Source: Tubulanus polymorphus
Lineage: Eukaryota; Animalia; Nemertea
Length of the DNA: 64,000 nt
Assembly (NCBI RefSeq): GCF_964204645.1
Contig: NC_134026.1
Coordinates: forward strand, 17,208,150-17,272,149
Direction: 5' to 3'
Part shown: positions 48,010 to 62,020 of the stretch, one piece after another
How positions within the stretch are numbered: position 1 is the first letter of the stretch
Layout: each line of letters begins with the position of its first letter
Notes under the pieces: generated by a model
Told to the model about the DNA's origin: nothing
Database searches by the model: none
Seen by the model: only the letters and a program-made list of their open reading frames with translations
Position numbers and translations under genes: made by a program

Positions 48010-49319
48010 CTGAATAAATAAAAATAAAGAAGAATGAATCGATAAAGTGATAATTTTCTGAAGAAATACTTGATTGTTAGTCAGAATAATCAACTTGACT
48101 AAAATATTTGGAACTTAAATGTGTACTCCCAAATAGTAGCCTCCTCATTACCCTCTTTGGGTATTTGTCAGGATTCTCTTAATTTGGTGGGATCGTCAAT
48201 GATTATTCCATACAACCCCAATTCAGTGCCTTATGAAAGCCAAGATAATATCTTTTACCTACTTTTTGCTAAACTGTTCACAAGAATACCGCTGAAGTGT
48301 GGCAGGGGGCTTGGACTCCCACCAGGGTAAGGTAAGTACTGTTAATACAAATTTCAGTTCCAAAAATTGCAAAATTTCCTTCCTTTCCTATGGTTTTTGC
48401 TACAAATAACGTAGCACAAGGATGGTGGGTCGGAGGCTTTGGTAGATAAGATTTACGCTCTATTGCAACGTAAAGAGATCACTTACCCGAGCATCAGAAC
48501 AGGCACACTGCAGCACAATGAAGACCAGTAAGCCAGTGAGCCCAACCAGGGCCCTCAATTTTACAAAAAAAATAATCCCTGTGACTTAAGGTGCATGAAA
48601 ATATGTACACTTCATGAAACCGTGCTATAGAGGGTGTACATGGATTGATTTAGCCGCAAGCACACTAATTAAGAAAAAATTCAAATGTTAAAATGATTTG
48701 CCTTCTTTTTGACTGTTAGTCTTAGCAATCAGGTTAAAATCTTGGGGAAATTGGTATTAATTGGGCTTGATTCAAGTATGCCTAAGTTTTTTCCTTCGAC
48801 AGACATAATCCACTTTTCATCTATCAAGGTAATTAAGCAACGCAATGTGTCGGCCTGTAGCTTTTTTTTGAATTATCATATTTACAGAATGGGGAACTGT
48901 AAAACACAAAAATCCACCAGTCGTTTCTTGATCACATATGAGTTTTCCAGTTATGCAAGATATGATAGAAGGCATTAGCATAGAACATATGAAGTACGTT
49001 CCTTTTTACCATATTTTGAAATATTATATTGTTACAGTTTACATTCTAATTGTATGATCATCTGGTAAAGTAATATGCTTAGGCCAAGCAAGAGTCTTTA
49101 AAATTCTTAAGGGTTTTAATGATTAATAATAACTTATTTAGGAAACATCCTCGTACAGTTGGTCTGGAGTAACTTCTACAAATAGCAACCATGTCAGACG
49201 CAAATATTTTTAATCCCTAAACATAGATAGGCCTACACCTTAGCAAATACTATGTATCAGTTGGCTGCCTAATAGATCATAAGCAGTAGCCATAATGTAC
49301 TTTGCGAGACGAGACGAGA

Positions 49320-50234
49320 AACTAGGGGTCCAGGGACACCATGCCCACTTGGGAAGTGGTTTCAAATGCTCAACAATCTAACAATTTCAATATTCAACGC
49401 CCCCTGGTGACCATATACAAAAACCAATGACCTTGAAACTCACCACAATCATAGAACATGTCAGCAGCTACGATTTTGAAATTGATTGTGATAATAAAAT
49501 TGCCTTGTTACAAATTTAATATGGAAATACTAAGTTACTTACTATTCAACGCCCCCTGGTGACCATATTCAAAACCCAATGACCTTGAAACTCACCACAA
49601 TCATAGAACATGTCATGAACTACAACATTGAAATTGATCATGGTAACAAAATATGCCTAGGTACCAATATAATAAGGAAATACTAGGGTATTCTACTATT
49701 CAACGCCCCCTGGTGACTATATAGAATAACTAATTTCCTTAAAACTCACCACAATCATAGACGATGTCATGAGCTACAACTTTGCAATAGATTTCGGTAA
49801 CAAAATATGGATTGGTACAAATATAATATAAAAATACTAAGATATTGTATTATTCAACGCCCCCCCCCCCCCTATACCAAAACTAATGACCTCGAAACTC
49901 ACCACAATCATAGAACACGTAATGAGCTACAACAAATTTATACGAAATATCAAGGTTATTGATCAAGACGTCTTCAAATTTCCCTCAAAAAGTTCAAAAA
50001 CGTGTAAAACGTGCTGATTTTGGCGAACAACAATGGCTAGCAGTCGGCCATCTAGATTCTGACAGGGCCAGTTTTTGGGCTAAAGATGTGTCTAGGGTAG
50101 ATACATGTATGAACCAAATATCAAGACATTACCTTGAAGCGTCTTCAAAACTGGATTCCGTCTACGGACGGACGAACGGACGGACGAAAAGTGAACGCAA
50201 TAAGCTGAGACTTAAGTCCTAAGTGGGTTAAAAA
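49320..50234 (-). mobile_element. Non-autonomous Helentron derivative (HINE/DINE-like) of the 17394-28775 family
   Basis: Same 3' subTIR and hairpin, same 5' end with (GTCC)n, and ~4 units of the ~152-bp repeat. Confidence 0.88.
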
Positions 50235-50249
50235 TGGAAATTATATTTG

Positions 50250-52102
50250 TTGCTTCCTAATTTTCATACTTATGCTCACACTAACAGTAACCATCATTTT
50301 TGCCTGCTTTATGGCCACTGTAATTAGGATCTTCCTGTGGAAAACCTTTATGACTTTGTACACTGCATAGACTATCTTTTAGTTCAAAGTACCATCTTGA
50401 TGCTACTTGATCGATAATATGTTATTGGACAGTTTCTGGGCACTTGCCATTAATTACATTTGTCCAAAGATCTTACAAAATACCATCTTAACAGTGTTTG
50501 CTAGGTGGTACATCATTGGACGCTATGATTTGAAATAATAGGTGGTATTATTTTATCAGTCAGTTAATCATCTCTGGTGTCATCTTTGCCTATCAGTCAT
50601 TCTCCATAAACAATTAGGACGCTTTAGATAAAAAAAACCTTAGCCCAATTCAAAATGAATGAAAATCCAACATTTAATCTTATGGCCACTGTAATTAGGA
50701 TCTTCCTGTGGAAAAAGCCTTTACGACTATGTACAGTGCATAGATTTTCATTTAGTTCAAAGTACCATCTTGGTGCTACTTGCTGGATGGTATGTTATTG
50801 GACAGTTTCTGGGCACTGCCATTAATAACAATTGTCCAAAGATCATACAAGATTCCATCTTAAGTGTTTGCCAGGTGGTATATCATTGGACGCTATGATT
50901 TTAAATAATAGGTGGTATTATTTTATCGGTCAGTTAATCATCTATGGTGTCATCTTTGCCTAACAGTCATTCTCCATAGACAATTAGGACCCTTAAGATA
51001 ATTAGAATGCCGCTGAAGACGATTGATGCCCCCACATCAGGTGAAATGCCTGAGTGTAAAATACACCCAAGTGTATGTCGACCTATTTCTGAAGGCAGGA
51101 AATAAAAAATACAAAACGGCTTCCGGTGACCTTGACCTTTGACCTACAGGACTCGAAATCTAATCAGGTCTCTTGGGTAACCCAACGATGAAATTTCACA
51201 AAGTTACCTTATACCGTTTATGAATTAAGAGCCCGGGTATGAAAAATACAAAACAGCTCCTGGTGACCTTGACCATTGACCTACAGGATCCGAAATATAA
51301 TCAGTTACTCACGGTCTTTAGGATAACCCAGCCAAAAGTTGTCACCAAATTATCTTAAACCATCTATGAGATAGAGCCCCGAAATGAAAAATACATAACA
51401 GCTTCTAGTAACCTTGACTTTTGACCAACATGACCTGAAATCTAATCAGTTACCCACGGTTCCTAGGACAACCCATCCATAGAATTTCAGTAAGTTATCT
51501 TAAACCGTTTATGAGTTAGAGCCCGGAAATGAAATTCACAAAATGGCTTCCTGTTTTCTTGACCTTGGATGTACAGGACCAAAAATCTAATCAGTTACTC
51601 ACCTCATACAGTACAACACAACAGTTGAATTTGAAGAAAATCTGTTGAAGGGTTAAGCTACTAGGGCACGGAAACCACTGCGGACAGATGGACGGACAGA
51701 CAGACTTACCAACAGACAGACAGACGGACTGACAGACGATGAATCGAATACAGTATGCCCCCCACAGCGCATTGTGAGGGCATAATAAAAACCTCAGTCC
51801 AATTCAAAATGAATGGAAATCGAACATTTAATCGTATGGCCACTGTAATTAGGATCTTACTGTGGAAAAACCTTAATGACTATGTACAGTACATAGATTA
51901 TCATTTAGTTCAAAGTACCATCTTGATGCTACTTGCTGGATGGTATGTTATTGGACAGTTTCTGGGCACTGCCATTAATAACATTCGTCCAAAGATCATA
52001 CAAAATACCATCTTAACAGTGTTTGCTAGGTGGTATATCATTAGACGCTATGATTTGAAATAATAGGTGGTACTATTTTATCCGTCAGTTAATCATCTAT
52101 GG
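50250..52102. repeat. ~371-bp tandem repeat (about 3 units) interrupted by a HINE and cut by the Gypsy LTR
   Basis: TATGGCCACTGTAATTAGGATCTT at ~50310, 50681 and 51835. Confidence 0.85.
51000..51787 (-). mobile_element. Second HINE/DINE-like non-autonomous Helentron family
   Basis: (GACA/GACG)n tract 51683-51738, terminal stem-loop ATGCCC..GGGCAT, ~140-150-bp internal repeats; inserted in an A-run without TSD (empty site at ~50630). Confidence 0.7.
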
Positions 52103-55100
52103 TGTGAATACTTACCTGGAATCCTTGATAATTTTCCATTAAGTAAACCAGGAAGAAGTAAACCAGGGCCTTCCATTTATAAATAATGAAAAACTGGGAG
52201 AAGATAACAGTGACGTGTGTGATGAACTGTTGCTTTGTCCAACATCTGTTTTGTATTATACGTGTACAATCCTGTAAAAATGTGTATATGTTAAATAAAC
52301 GAGTCTAATGCCAAATGCCGTCTTGTTAACTTCGATGCTTAGGCTCTCCCATCATTACATGGTGGCAGCGGTTGAGACAACGGATTTTCTATAGTGAGGG
52401 ACGCTCCCTTATACGTTAGATATTGTTTGTTTGATGTTAGGACGCTCCTAATAACGGATACAATATGAATTCTATGTTTAAACCCCCAGAGGGTTTTGAT
52501 TTTCTTAAGTCCCGCGAAGTGGCCGGCGTGGATAAGACGATTTAGCCGTTTCAGGATAGCTAGCAAGCTATCCCAGGACTCAGATGAGGTCCAGATCAAT
52601 ACCCTGTTAACTTCGATACTTAGGCTCTCCCATCATTACATGGTGGCAGCGGTTGAAACAACGGATTTTCTATAGTGAGGGACGCTCCCTTATACGTTAG
52701 ATATTGTTTGTTGGATGTTAGGACGCTCCTAATAACGGATACAATATGAATTCTATGTTTAAACCCCCAGAGGGTTTTGATTTTATTAAGTCCCGCGAAG
52801 TGGCCGGCGTGGATAAGACGATTTAGCCGTTTCAGGATAGCTAGCAAGCTATCCCAGGACTCAGATGAAGTCCAGATCAATACCCTTCTATATTGCTTAG
52901 GGGAAGAAGCGGACAATATTTTTGATCAATTCGTGTTCAAAAAGAAAACGGATACAGCTGGGAAGGTAGTCAGAAGGTAGGAGGAAACCGTGGAATTATT
53001 CGAAAATTATTTCATTCCGAAACGAAACGTGATTTTTGAGCGATCGAAATTTCAGGAGAGATCTCAGAAGTCAGGGGAAAGTATTGAAGAATATGTTCGC
53101 GCGTTGCATACTCTTGCTGAAAACTGTGATTTTCCCGCCAAGAGCGACACGATTCGGGACAAGCTAGTGATAGGCTTGCAGGATAAGCAAATATCTGCCA
53201 AGTTACAAAAGATCGACGACTTAACATTGGAAAAAGCAATCGAAATATCCCGTCAAACAGAACTAGTAAAAGAACACAACAGAAAAGAGGAAGCGTTGAC
53301 GGTGGAGAGTATCCGGGGTAGACAACGGTTCCGAACACAGGGACAGAGAGGACGCACAGATAGAGGGATTACGAATAATAGTGCGAGGAATCACGATCAA
53401 CGGATTACGGGTAATGCGAGGAACCCCGATCAAAGAAGAGACTTTCGAGGAAATGCCGGAAAGTGCCGATATTGCGATAGATCTCACAGGAGAGGACAAT
53501 GTCCAGTGTACGGAAAGAACTGTAGTAAGTGTCAAAAACTAAATCACTTCGTGAGGTGTTGCAATACGAAAAACATAAGTTTTATTCGGGAATATGATGA
53601 AGATGACTATTACGAGAGTGACTCCAGTGAAAGTTCTAACTTTTTCATGGACACGATACGTGCCGATAATATCTCTAATGGCGACATGGAGAAATCACCG
53701 GAATGGAGATTACGGACTAACATTGTAAGTACTATGGTTAACTTCAAGATAGACACAGGTGCCGATTGCACGGTTATTAGTAAGACTCAGTATGATAAAA
53801 TTGAAGAGAGTCCGAAACTTTGTAAACCTAAAATAAGGTTAACTAGTCCCGGTGGTAAGCTGCATAACTTAGGTTACTTCTATACAAGTATTAACGTGGT
53901 AAATGATGAAACTAGATCACACAGAATTAAAATACATGTTGTTTAAGAAGAGTGTGACAATTTGTTAGGTCGTGGGGCTGCAGAGTCCATGGGTCTGATA
54001 AAGCGTATGTTTTCTATTAAGAAAAAGCTCCGAATTTGTTTTTGGAGAACTGGGATTATTAAAGGGCGACCCAGTCAATATCAAGGTCGATGAAAATGTG
54101 ACTCCATACAGCGTTAAATGTCCCAGGCGGATTCCCTTACCTTTGGTGGATAAAACGGTTAAAGAGTTAAAAAGAATGCAGTCACACGACGTTTTTGAAC
54201 CTGTAACCGAGCCCACTGAATGGTGTGCTCCCATTGTCCCCGTGTTAAAACCAAATGGCAACGTTCGTATCTGCTGTGACCTTCGCAAATTAAATCAGGC
54301 CGTAAAACGTGCAAAATACATGCGACCTGATACGCAGGCAATACTGCACAAAATGGCAGATTCCAAAATTTTCAGTAAACTGGACTGTTCATCCGGTTAC
54401 TGGCAACTAGGCCTGGATTATGGAAGCTCGCTCCTTACAACGTTCATAACTCCTATAGGCAGGTTCAGATTCAAGCATTTGCCGTTTGGTATTTCTAGTG
54501 CATCAGAAAGATGGAGGACGTTTTGAAAGATATTGATGGTGTGGAAATATTTCAAGACAATATCATTGTTCATGGGCGTAACCAGAAAGAACATGACCAT
54601 AGACTGACACAGGTTATGGGCGCCATTAAGGCAGCAGGTTTGAAATTAAATTGAAAGAAGTGTGAGTTTAGCAAATCTGAGATTGAGTTTTTAGGGCATG
54701 TCATTGCGTCAAACGGTATAAGACCACAGTCTAAGAAAGTTAAAGCTAATTTGGATTATAAACAGCCAGAAAGTGTCACAGAACTGCGTAGGTTCATAGG
54801 CATGGTAAATTATCTAGGACATTGCATTGAAAACCTATCCCATGAGATGGCCGAATCCTCGAACTACTGCGGTCTGACACCGCGTGGTTCTGGGGACTGG
54901 CTCAGCGTACTTCATTCTCACGTGTAAAGCAACTCATCACACAGGCGCCAACATTAGCATTTTTCGACATAAACAAACCTGTGACTGTCAGCGTTGACAG
55001 TTCACAGTACGGGATCGGCGGTGCTGTATTCCGACGTCACGGCGACCACTTAAAAGCTGTAGCATTCTGTTCGCGGACACTAACCCTAACTGAGAAACGA

Positions 55101-56450
55101 TGGGTGCAAATTGAAAAAGAATGTTTGCCCTCAGTCTGGGCTTGCGAGAAATTCGCAAAATATCTCGTCGGTCTAGGTCAATTTCAGCTTATTACCGATC
55201 ATAAGCCATTGATACCAATAATTAACTAGAAAGATCTTGACAGAATCCCGATCAGATGCCAACGGTTGGTCATACGATTAATGAGGTTTAATTGTAAAGC
55301 AACGTATGTGCCAGGCAAAGAAATGGCAGTGTCGGAGGCATTGTCGAGGGCGCCACTACAGAATAACTTTGATGAGAGTGATCATGAGCGGGAAAATTGT
55401 GTTACCGCTCAAATCTCAGCCCTAGGCATGAACAGATTTACATCTGACGAAATAACTAACAGACTACGCGAGCAATCGAAAATTGACAAAACGTTACGAA
55501 ATTGCGTTACGAAAATTTATTATTGACGGTTGGCCACGTCATGCTAGAGAGATTCCAAAAGAATTTGTTCCGTATTTTAGTGAGCGTGGTTCACCAAGCG
55601 AGTATCAAGGGTTAATCTTGCATGGTAACAAAATCGTGGTCCCGGATAATATGCGCGAAGAAATGCTTGACAAAATTCATGACGGCCACATGGGCATAAC
55701 TAAATGCCGAAATCGCGCGAAACTCAGTGTTTGGTGGCCTCACATCAGTCATAAAATAGCGGAACTAGTGGGTAAATGCCAACTGTGTAATGAGAATTCT
55801 CCAGCCCAAAGGAAAGAACCTTTGATATCCACCGAGTTGCCATCTGGTCCCTGGATACATATAGGCGCTGACTTATGTGAATATGATAAATACCACTACT
55901 TGATTATCGTTGATTACTTTTCTCGCTATGGGAAATAATGAGAATGGGTCATAAGTTACCATCCTCAGCATCTGTAATTGATAAACTTAAGTCAGTGTTC
56001 TCGGGTCATGGCATCCCTCAACGTTTATTTACTGATAACGGTAGTCAGTTTATGAGAACCGAGTTTAAACAATTCACGAATTCCTGGAACTTCTCACATG
56101 ACATGTCGAGTCCCAGATACCCTCAGTCAAATGGTGCGGCGGAGAGAGCCGTACAAACTGCTAAGAAGATATTAAGACAAAAAGATCCACATCTTGCTCT
56201 CTTGTCGTACAGATCGACACCTTTTGCAGCTACTGGCTATAGTCCAGCACAGCTTCTCTTCGGTAGGAACATTCGTACTAGGTTACCTATCAGTAAATCA
56301 GAACTAAAAACGCATTGGCCAAAATTAGGAAAAGTGAAACGCGTTGATACTAAATACAAACAGAATATGACGCATTCATACAATAGACATTACGGTGTCT
56401 AGAAGATAAACAACGACATCAAGAAAATTAGTTCAAAGTCTAATAATCTA
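52103..56450 (+). mobile_element. Gypsy/Ty3 LTR retrotransposon, 5' LTR + gag-pol, decayed and 3'-truncated
   Basis: LTR TG..CA at ~52103-52359; PBS TGGTGGCAGCGGT (tRNA-Leu type); gag CRYC..H..C; protease FKIDTGAD; RT KLDCSSGYWQ, LPFGISSA, FQDNII; RNase H VDSSQYG, ITDHKPL; integrase HDGHMG, TDNGSQF, SNGAAER; no 3' LTR found. Confidence 0.93.
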
Positions 56451-56597
56451 TAATAGTCTATAATCTTATTTTTTCACGCATCTGGCTTGCTCATACATTT
56501 GATTGTTTGAAAACTTTGAATATGTTGGAAAATATACAAATATGATAATTCATTGCACTTCTTATATATGTTGGTATAGATATAAAGATATAGTTTG

Positions 56598-57075
56598 ACT
56601 TTAAGGTGGTACTACCATCTAGCTATCATAATTAGATGGTATACATTCATTAGATTAGTCCAACTTTAAGGTGGTACAACAATCTAGCTATCGTAATTAG
56701 GTGGTATACATTTATTTGATAGGTCCATCATTAAGGTGGTACTACCATCTAGCTATCGTAATTAGGTGGTATCCATTTATTAGATTAGTCCAACTACCAT
56801 TTAGATCAGCACTGAGATCAGTACAACCAGCGACAAAGTTGTTCTGAATCTAACACTGATTACTGTCGTCTTTATTTTGTGAAAATCGGACCATCAGTTC
56901 CAATGTTACGAATGATACCAGTACTACCATCTAGCTGTCGTTATTAAGTGGTATACATTTATTAGATTAGTCCAACTTTTAGGTGGTACTACCATCTAGC
57001 TGTCTTAAGTAAGTGGTATACATTTATAAGATTAGTCCATCTTTATGGTGGTACTACCATCTAGATATCATTATT
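56598..57075. repeat. ~63-bp tandem minisatellite
   Basis: Repeated TAAGGTGGTACTACCATCTAGCTATC.TAATTAG.TGGTATACATT.ATTAGATTAGTCCAACT. Confidence 0.85.
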
Positions 57076-57163
57076 ACCTGTTGAAAACTATTGAAGCAAT
57101 CAGGGGCCGGTTGCTCAAAAGTTGGTTAACTTTAACGAGTCGTTAAGCTTAACGACTCGTTAG

Positions 57164-58399
57164 GTGAGGTCAGTGGAGGAAGTTAGGGAGAAGTGGCGAC
57201 AGTTAAATACAAACGCTAAGCAGGAGAAATCGGTATACAAAAAGGGCATCAAGAAAACTGGTGGAGGTCCCCCACCACGAGAAATCTCGGAAATTAGCCA
57301 GGCAATCTTGAAGATCCAAGATGGAAACCCTTCTTTCACTGGACAATTAATCTAGACTCTTTTCAACTTGAAGATGGTGTCAATGATGAGAGTATGTATA
57401 TTTTTAATTCAACAAGAGTATTTGATTTCTAAAAGATTAATTGCATTCGGACCATTAACATGATTTTTTGATTCGGTTAGTTGAACTGTCTGCTTTTGTT
57501 AACATTTGGTCGGGATTCCTTACAAATGATGTCACAGGTCAGGGTCAAACTAATGAATAATTAATGATATTACATCTCGTAGAGTAGTCCTTGAATTGGA
57601 GCTTAATCCCACTATGTCAACACAGTTTACAATACTGGTCACCTAATTCAAATACATTTTCATCCCGGTGCAGTGTTCAAAATGCAGTTAGGCCTAGTTG
57701 AACTATTGAAGTATTTCATCGCACATATACCAGGCTACACCGCTCCACATAAAGCTCTTAACCTGGAAAGCTAATTACCAATACCGAAAGTTTGGAACAT
57801 GAGGAAATATAATCGACGGGTTCGGAAACGCTCAATTGTTTTCAGAAATCACCTTGACCTGGCTGGTCATCTTATTTTCTTGTATTTTTTTCTCATTGGA
57901 AATTTCATTAAAGACTTGGTAGGCCTAGCCGCGTCCTATAAACCCAAGAGGAGGAAATAATCGAACTTTTACAGTTTCATCTGAAGTAGGCCCTGAAGAA
58001 GAATTCATTAATGATGTCGAAGTTGAGTTAGTTCTGCAGCCTAAGAAGATATCCCAACAGTCAACTCCAGCTGAAAACTTGAAGAGGCAATCAAGGTAAA
58101 CCGCAGATGATCGTCTCCAATTACATTGCCAGGTGAAATTGTAAACCCAATTGACCCATGAACTGAACGAATTCTTCATTCTAGAGGCTACCAGCTACAA
58201 TAAGTTGTGTATGACTTATTTACCATTTAAGGTGCTAGAAGCTGACAAAGAGCGCATCGCACTGGGATCAGCGAAAAGTAAACTCGAAATGGAGAAATTG
58301 CAAGTAGAAATCGCAATCTTGAAGAGGCAATATAATACTGTCGATATCAACGAATTGTCACTCAAGCAGCTAAATGAACTTATTGGAAAAGAACAATAA
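57164..58399 (+). pseudogene. Harbinger Myb/SANT-like DNA-binding protein (5'-truncated, spliced)
   Basis: RSVEEVREKWRQL..KKTGGGPPP; C-terminal coiled coil KLEMEKLQVEIAILK. Confidence 0.7.
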
Positions 58400-58479
58400 T
58401 TGAAAGGAAGTTTTAAATCAATTAATTGAAAAAGAATTATTGTTATTGTTATATTCTTAAATTAATAAATAAAGGCTAC

Positions 58480-60105
58480 ATTATCCAATGGAAATCTCTT
58501 CATGCAAAATATGTATTGGCAAGATGGTCTCTGTAAAGTCTTCCCTGAGGATCATTCCCAGTATAAGGTTCAACTTCTACTTCCTCTTCTATAGCTTGGT
58601 TCCAACACCGGTTCGTTCAATTCTATCGCAATGTTGTGTAGGATCATTGCAGTGACAACAACTCTCGATGCACGTTCAGGTGAAATTTTGAGCTCCCCAT
58701 GTAAAACATGGAAACGTCTCTTTAGTACACCAAAAACCCGCTCGATCGTTACGCGCTATAATTTCTCTGGGGTCTGTTTGCCGGATTGAGGTAAGGGGTC
58801 ATAAGATATGGACGGCACGCATATCAGCTATCACCAAGAATTATATCATTATGAACTGGCTGGGCCTCTAGCCATCTACAATGGAGGAATCATCATTAAA
58901 ATAACTATTAAGGTTTAGTAAGCCTTTTGTGGGTCTCAGATGGCAGAAACATACCTACGTAAACCTGAAGATCTGAATATGTGGCTATCATGTGTACTTC
59001 CCGGCTATCTTGCAACAACATTAATAAAACGAACTATAAACAAAGAATGGAAAATGTATAAATGACTGTTACTTGAAATTAGGGATGTTCAAGGTAAAAA
59101 GGAGCAACATTTATGTCATTCATTTTCAGTGTCTGAAGAAGTAGAAAGAGACACTTCGATTAAATCAGCTTCACAGCTTTTTAGGCCTTTTGTAAAATGT
59201 CATTTTTTAATATGATGTTATTGGCAGAATTTGCACTTGTGAATGATGGAAAAATGGCTTGTTATACTAATTTCTATCAGTCCGATTGATTAGAAGTCAA
59301 TTAAATCTATAAGGCAAATATTTCTCTCGAGAATGAATTACCACAAAAATGATTCCCTGATTTGAATATTCTCGGAGCTACCCTTCATCGGACATAGGAG
59401 TATTGTGTGTGGAGAAGGAAGGGATATGAATTACCAGTACCGGCAATCCGGCTAGTGCCCACTCATTTCAAAAATAAGTATATCAACTCACATCATTGAA
59501 TCTGCCAGGACAACGGTAAGTTTTACCACATATTAATTACAAGGCTGCTTACTTACGGGTACTATCACATATTCCTTGCACATTCAAACTACGGAAATTT
59601 TTTCTGTTCACATATGTATGCTCATTTGGGCCTCCGGGTGACTGGATTCGAACACGTGTGCAATCAACCACTCCCTATTACTCTGGGAAATCCAGCCATC
59701 TGGTAAAATCCATCCCTCGACTTTTTCTTCTCTTGTTATAGTTATTTATCTCAGTCATTGGCCAATGAATAAATCTAGACATTATCTCCTGACATAGTTC
59801 ACAAAAATGGTGAATACATCGAGATACTGTCGACTTGTGAACTTTAAATGTATCACCGATCACCGACATAAATGCCCCACTCGCTAGATAGTGCAGCGAT
59901 ATTAAGACCATTTCTTCGGCGCTCAGTGCTTGATTTCTTTTGGTTTCTCTTCGCGAGCCATTTTCAATTCGATTCCCTGTCTGCCGAATCGATATTTTTT
60001 TCGCAGTTCCGCATCTGCCAGCTCAAGCTCGAGTATAGGGGGCCATTGTCTACGATTCAAAACTAAATTATCATAATGTTCACCCCAAAAAAGTTGTCGC
60101 GCCAT
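58480..60105 (-). pseudogene. Harbinger (HARBI1-like) DDE transposase, at least three exons
   Basis: LHYLASGAF..HKSTVSR; [26 protein letters not shown]; PGSTHDSHIF; ILGDS, IERVFGVLKRRF, ILHNIAI. Confidence 0.88.
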
Positions 60106-60423
60106 TTTCTATTGAAGTTAATGGACACATTAAGCCGTTAACATGGCTACAGGAGGTTGTTTAAATTTAACGACTGGTTATGGATATTTAACGAAACGAT
60201 AACTTTTGAGCAACCAAACTTATCGTATCGTTGAGAAATAAGACAGGATAAGTGATTTAACGACACGTTAGGAGTTAACCAACTTTTGAGCGACCGGCCC
60301 CAAATAGTTAACAGCTTCCTTTTTATCAAGAGCTACTGGTTTCTGATTCCATGCTTAGTCATTTTGTTAGAAGGCAGTCTTCTACATAAATAAATAAGGA
60401 CAATGAATTGTTTTAGAGATATA

Positions 60424-60715
60424 CCGTAAAAACCGGCGTATAAGTCGAGTTTTTAATCCTTGATTTTACCACTAAATTATTGAACTTGACTTATATGCCG
60501 AGTACAGTTTTCTACTAAGTATTTTCAGGTCACAAGAAATATTGATTCGACCAGACAAAAAGACAGTGTTCATCTTCTCACTGCTATATAAGTTTTAATA
60601 TTTATTCATGATAAATAAAGTTATTTAATGAAAAAACTTCTTTCATTTTGACACAGCTTCATTTAAAACGATGTATTCGTATATGCGCGCTCATTGGAGC
60701 GCTTAATACATTAGG

Positions 60716-60765
<50 letters not shown>

Positions 60766-61054
60766 CGTGTGACTCACACTACTGTATCACTGCATGGTAG
60801 TGTATTATACCCGAGTGTGTGTGTAACAAGTCTATTGATTAACACACAGCAGCAATCAGGCTGACGTGCGGCGGCGTGGGTGAAGGCGCACATCGTTAGC
60901 AAAACAAACTATTCAATATAATGATACAAGTAATTATTCTTCTAAGAGAAGGGACTCGACTTATAAGCCGTATATATGTTAAAATCATGAAATGTAGGCC
61001 TAAAAATCGACCTCGACTTATACGCCGCATAGACTTATACGCCGGTTTTTATAG
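60424..61054. mobile_element. Tc1/mariner-pogo-like MITE containing a (TA)n tract
   Basis: TIR CCGTAAAAACCGGCGTATAAGTC / GACTTATACGCCGGTTTTTATAG; TA TSD; internal CGACTTATA repeats. Confidence 0.8.
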
Positions 61055-61621
61055 TAATGCTCTGATATCTGTATTGATAAGTATTTGTCACTTCTATTTC
61101 CGTAATAGGCCTCATGTATTGGTTACTGTAATCTTCTTACCAGGAATGTCTCCATTTCACTGATACACGGTTATAAAAGTTGAATTGAATTGTAAAAACT
61201 TCACCTATTTTTTTCCCTTTTTATAGTTCATATGAAAGGTTTTGCCCGGAGAGATAATGGGGTAAGCTAAGTGATATGGATTGAAATCTTTTTGTTAACT
61301 ATCATCCATTGCGATGCTACACCAATGCAAAATATAAAAAGATGATTTTTAACAACATTTTCTTTCTCTTTGTATTAATATTTAATGAGACCTTTGTTGA
61401 GTTAAGGCCGGGTATTTGCTAATCAATTAGCTCTCAGTACCAGGTAAGATACTCAACTCAGATTTGCAATATCCCTGCCACATTTTTTTATTTTAATCAT
61501 TGCATCACTAGTGACACAATTTATCATAACCCATGCATCAAAGTTGACATATTAAGAAGTGGATGTCAGTATGAAGAATTTGGACTATCATCTCATGTAC
61601 CGGGGTAGTTGTCATTGTTGC

Positions 61622-61626
61622 ATTAC

Positions 61627-61692
<66 letters not shown>

Positions 61693-61710
61693 CATTATTA
61701 TTATTATTAT
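61622..61710. repeat. (ATT)n microsatellite
   Basis: Direct inspection. Confidence 0.97.
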
Positions 61711-61939
61711 GGGTCATTGTTGAAGACCACCTCAGAAAGGATAGATGAGTGTTGTCATACATGGACTGATCATTTTGCCCCTAATACCACTTAATATATT
61801 TGTTGGTGGTATACCATATAACTAGCATACCATATAACCATATAATTAGCATAACTAGATTACAATCATATGTACCACCATGAATATGTTTGAACAGGTC
61901 TACCATCTAAAAGATATACCACTTAACATCGATTTTTAA

Positions 61940-62020
61940 GTACGTCCGAATGGACGACAATGGACGGACAAAAAGTGAATGCAATATCCCTCAGGGACTA
62001 AGTTCCAAGTGGGCTAAAAA
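61940..62020 (-). mobile_element. 5'-end fragment of the Helentron/HINE family
   Basis: GGACGGACAAAAAGTGAATGCAATA..AGGGACTAAGTTCCAAGTGGGCTAAAAA matches the reverse complement of 17394-17470. Confidence 0.7.

Larger units (their letters stand above)
57104..60300. mobile_element. PIF/Harbinger DNA transposon (two convergent genes, decayed)
   Basis: TIRs GGGCCGGT(T/C)GCTCAAAAGTTGGTTAACT; flanks CAG/CAA; Myb/SANT-like gene and transposase inside. Confidence 0.9.

Noticed and set aside
48481-48560. Possible upstream RNF170 exon (minus-strand GTAAGT donor)
   Set aside because: The translation does not resemble RNF170
56598-57075. CRISPR-like repeat-spacer pattern
   Set aside because: The whole ~63-bp unit repeats; it is an ordinary minisatellite
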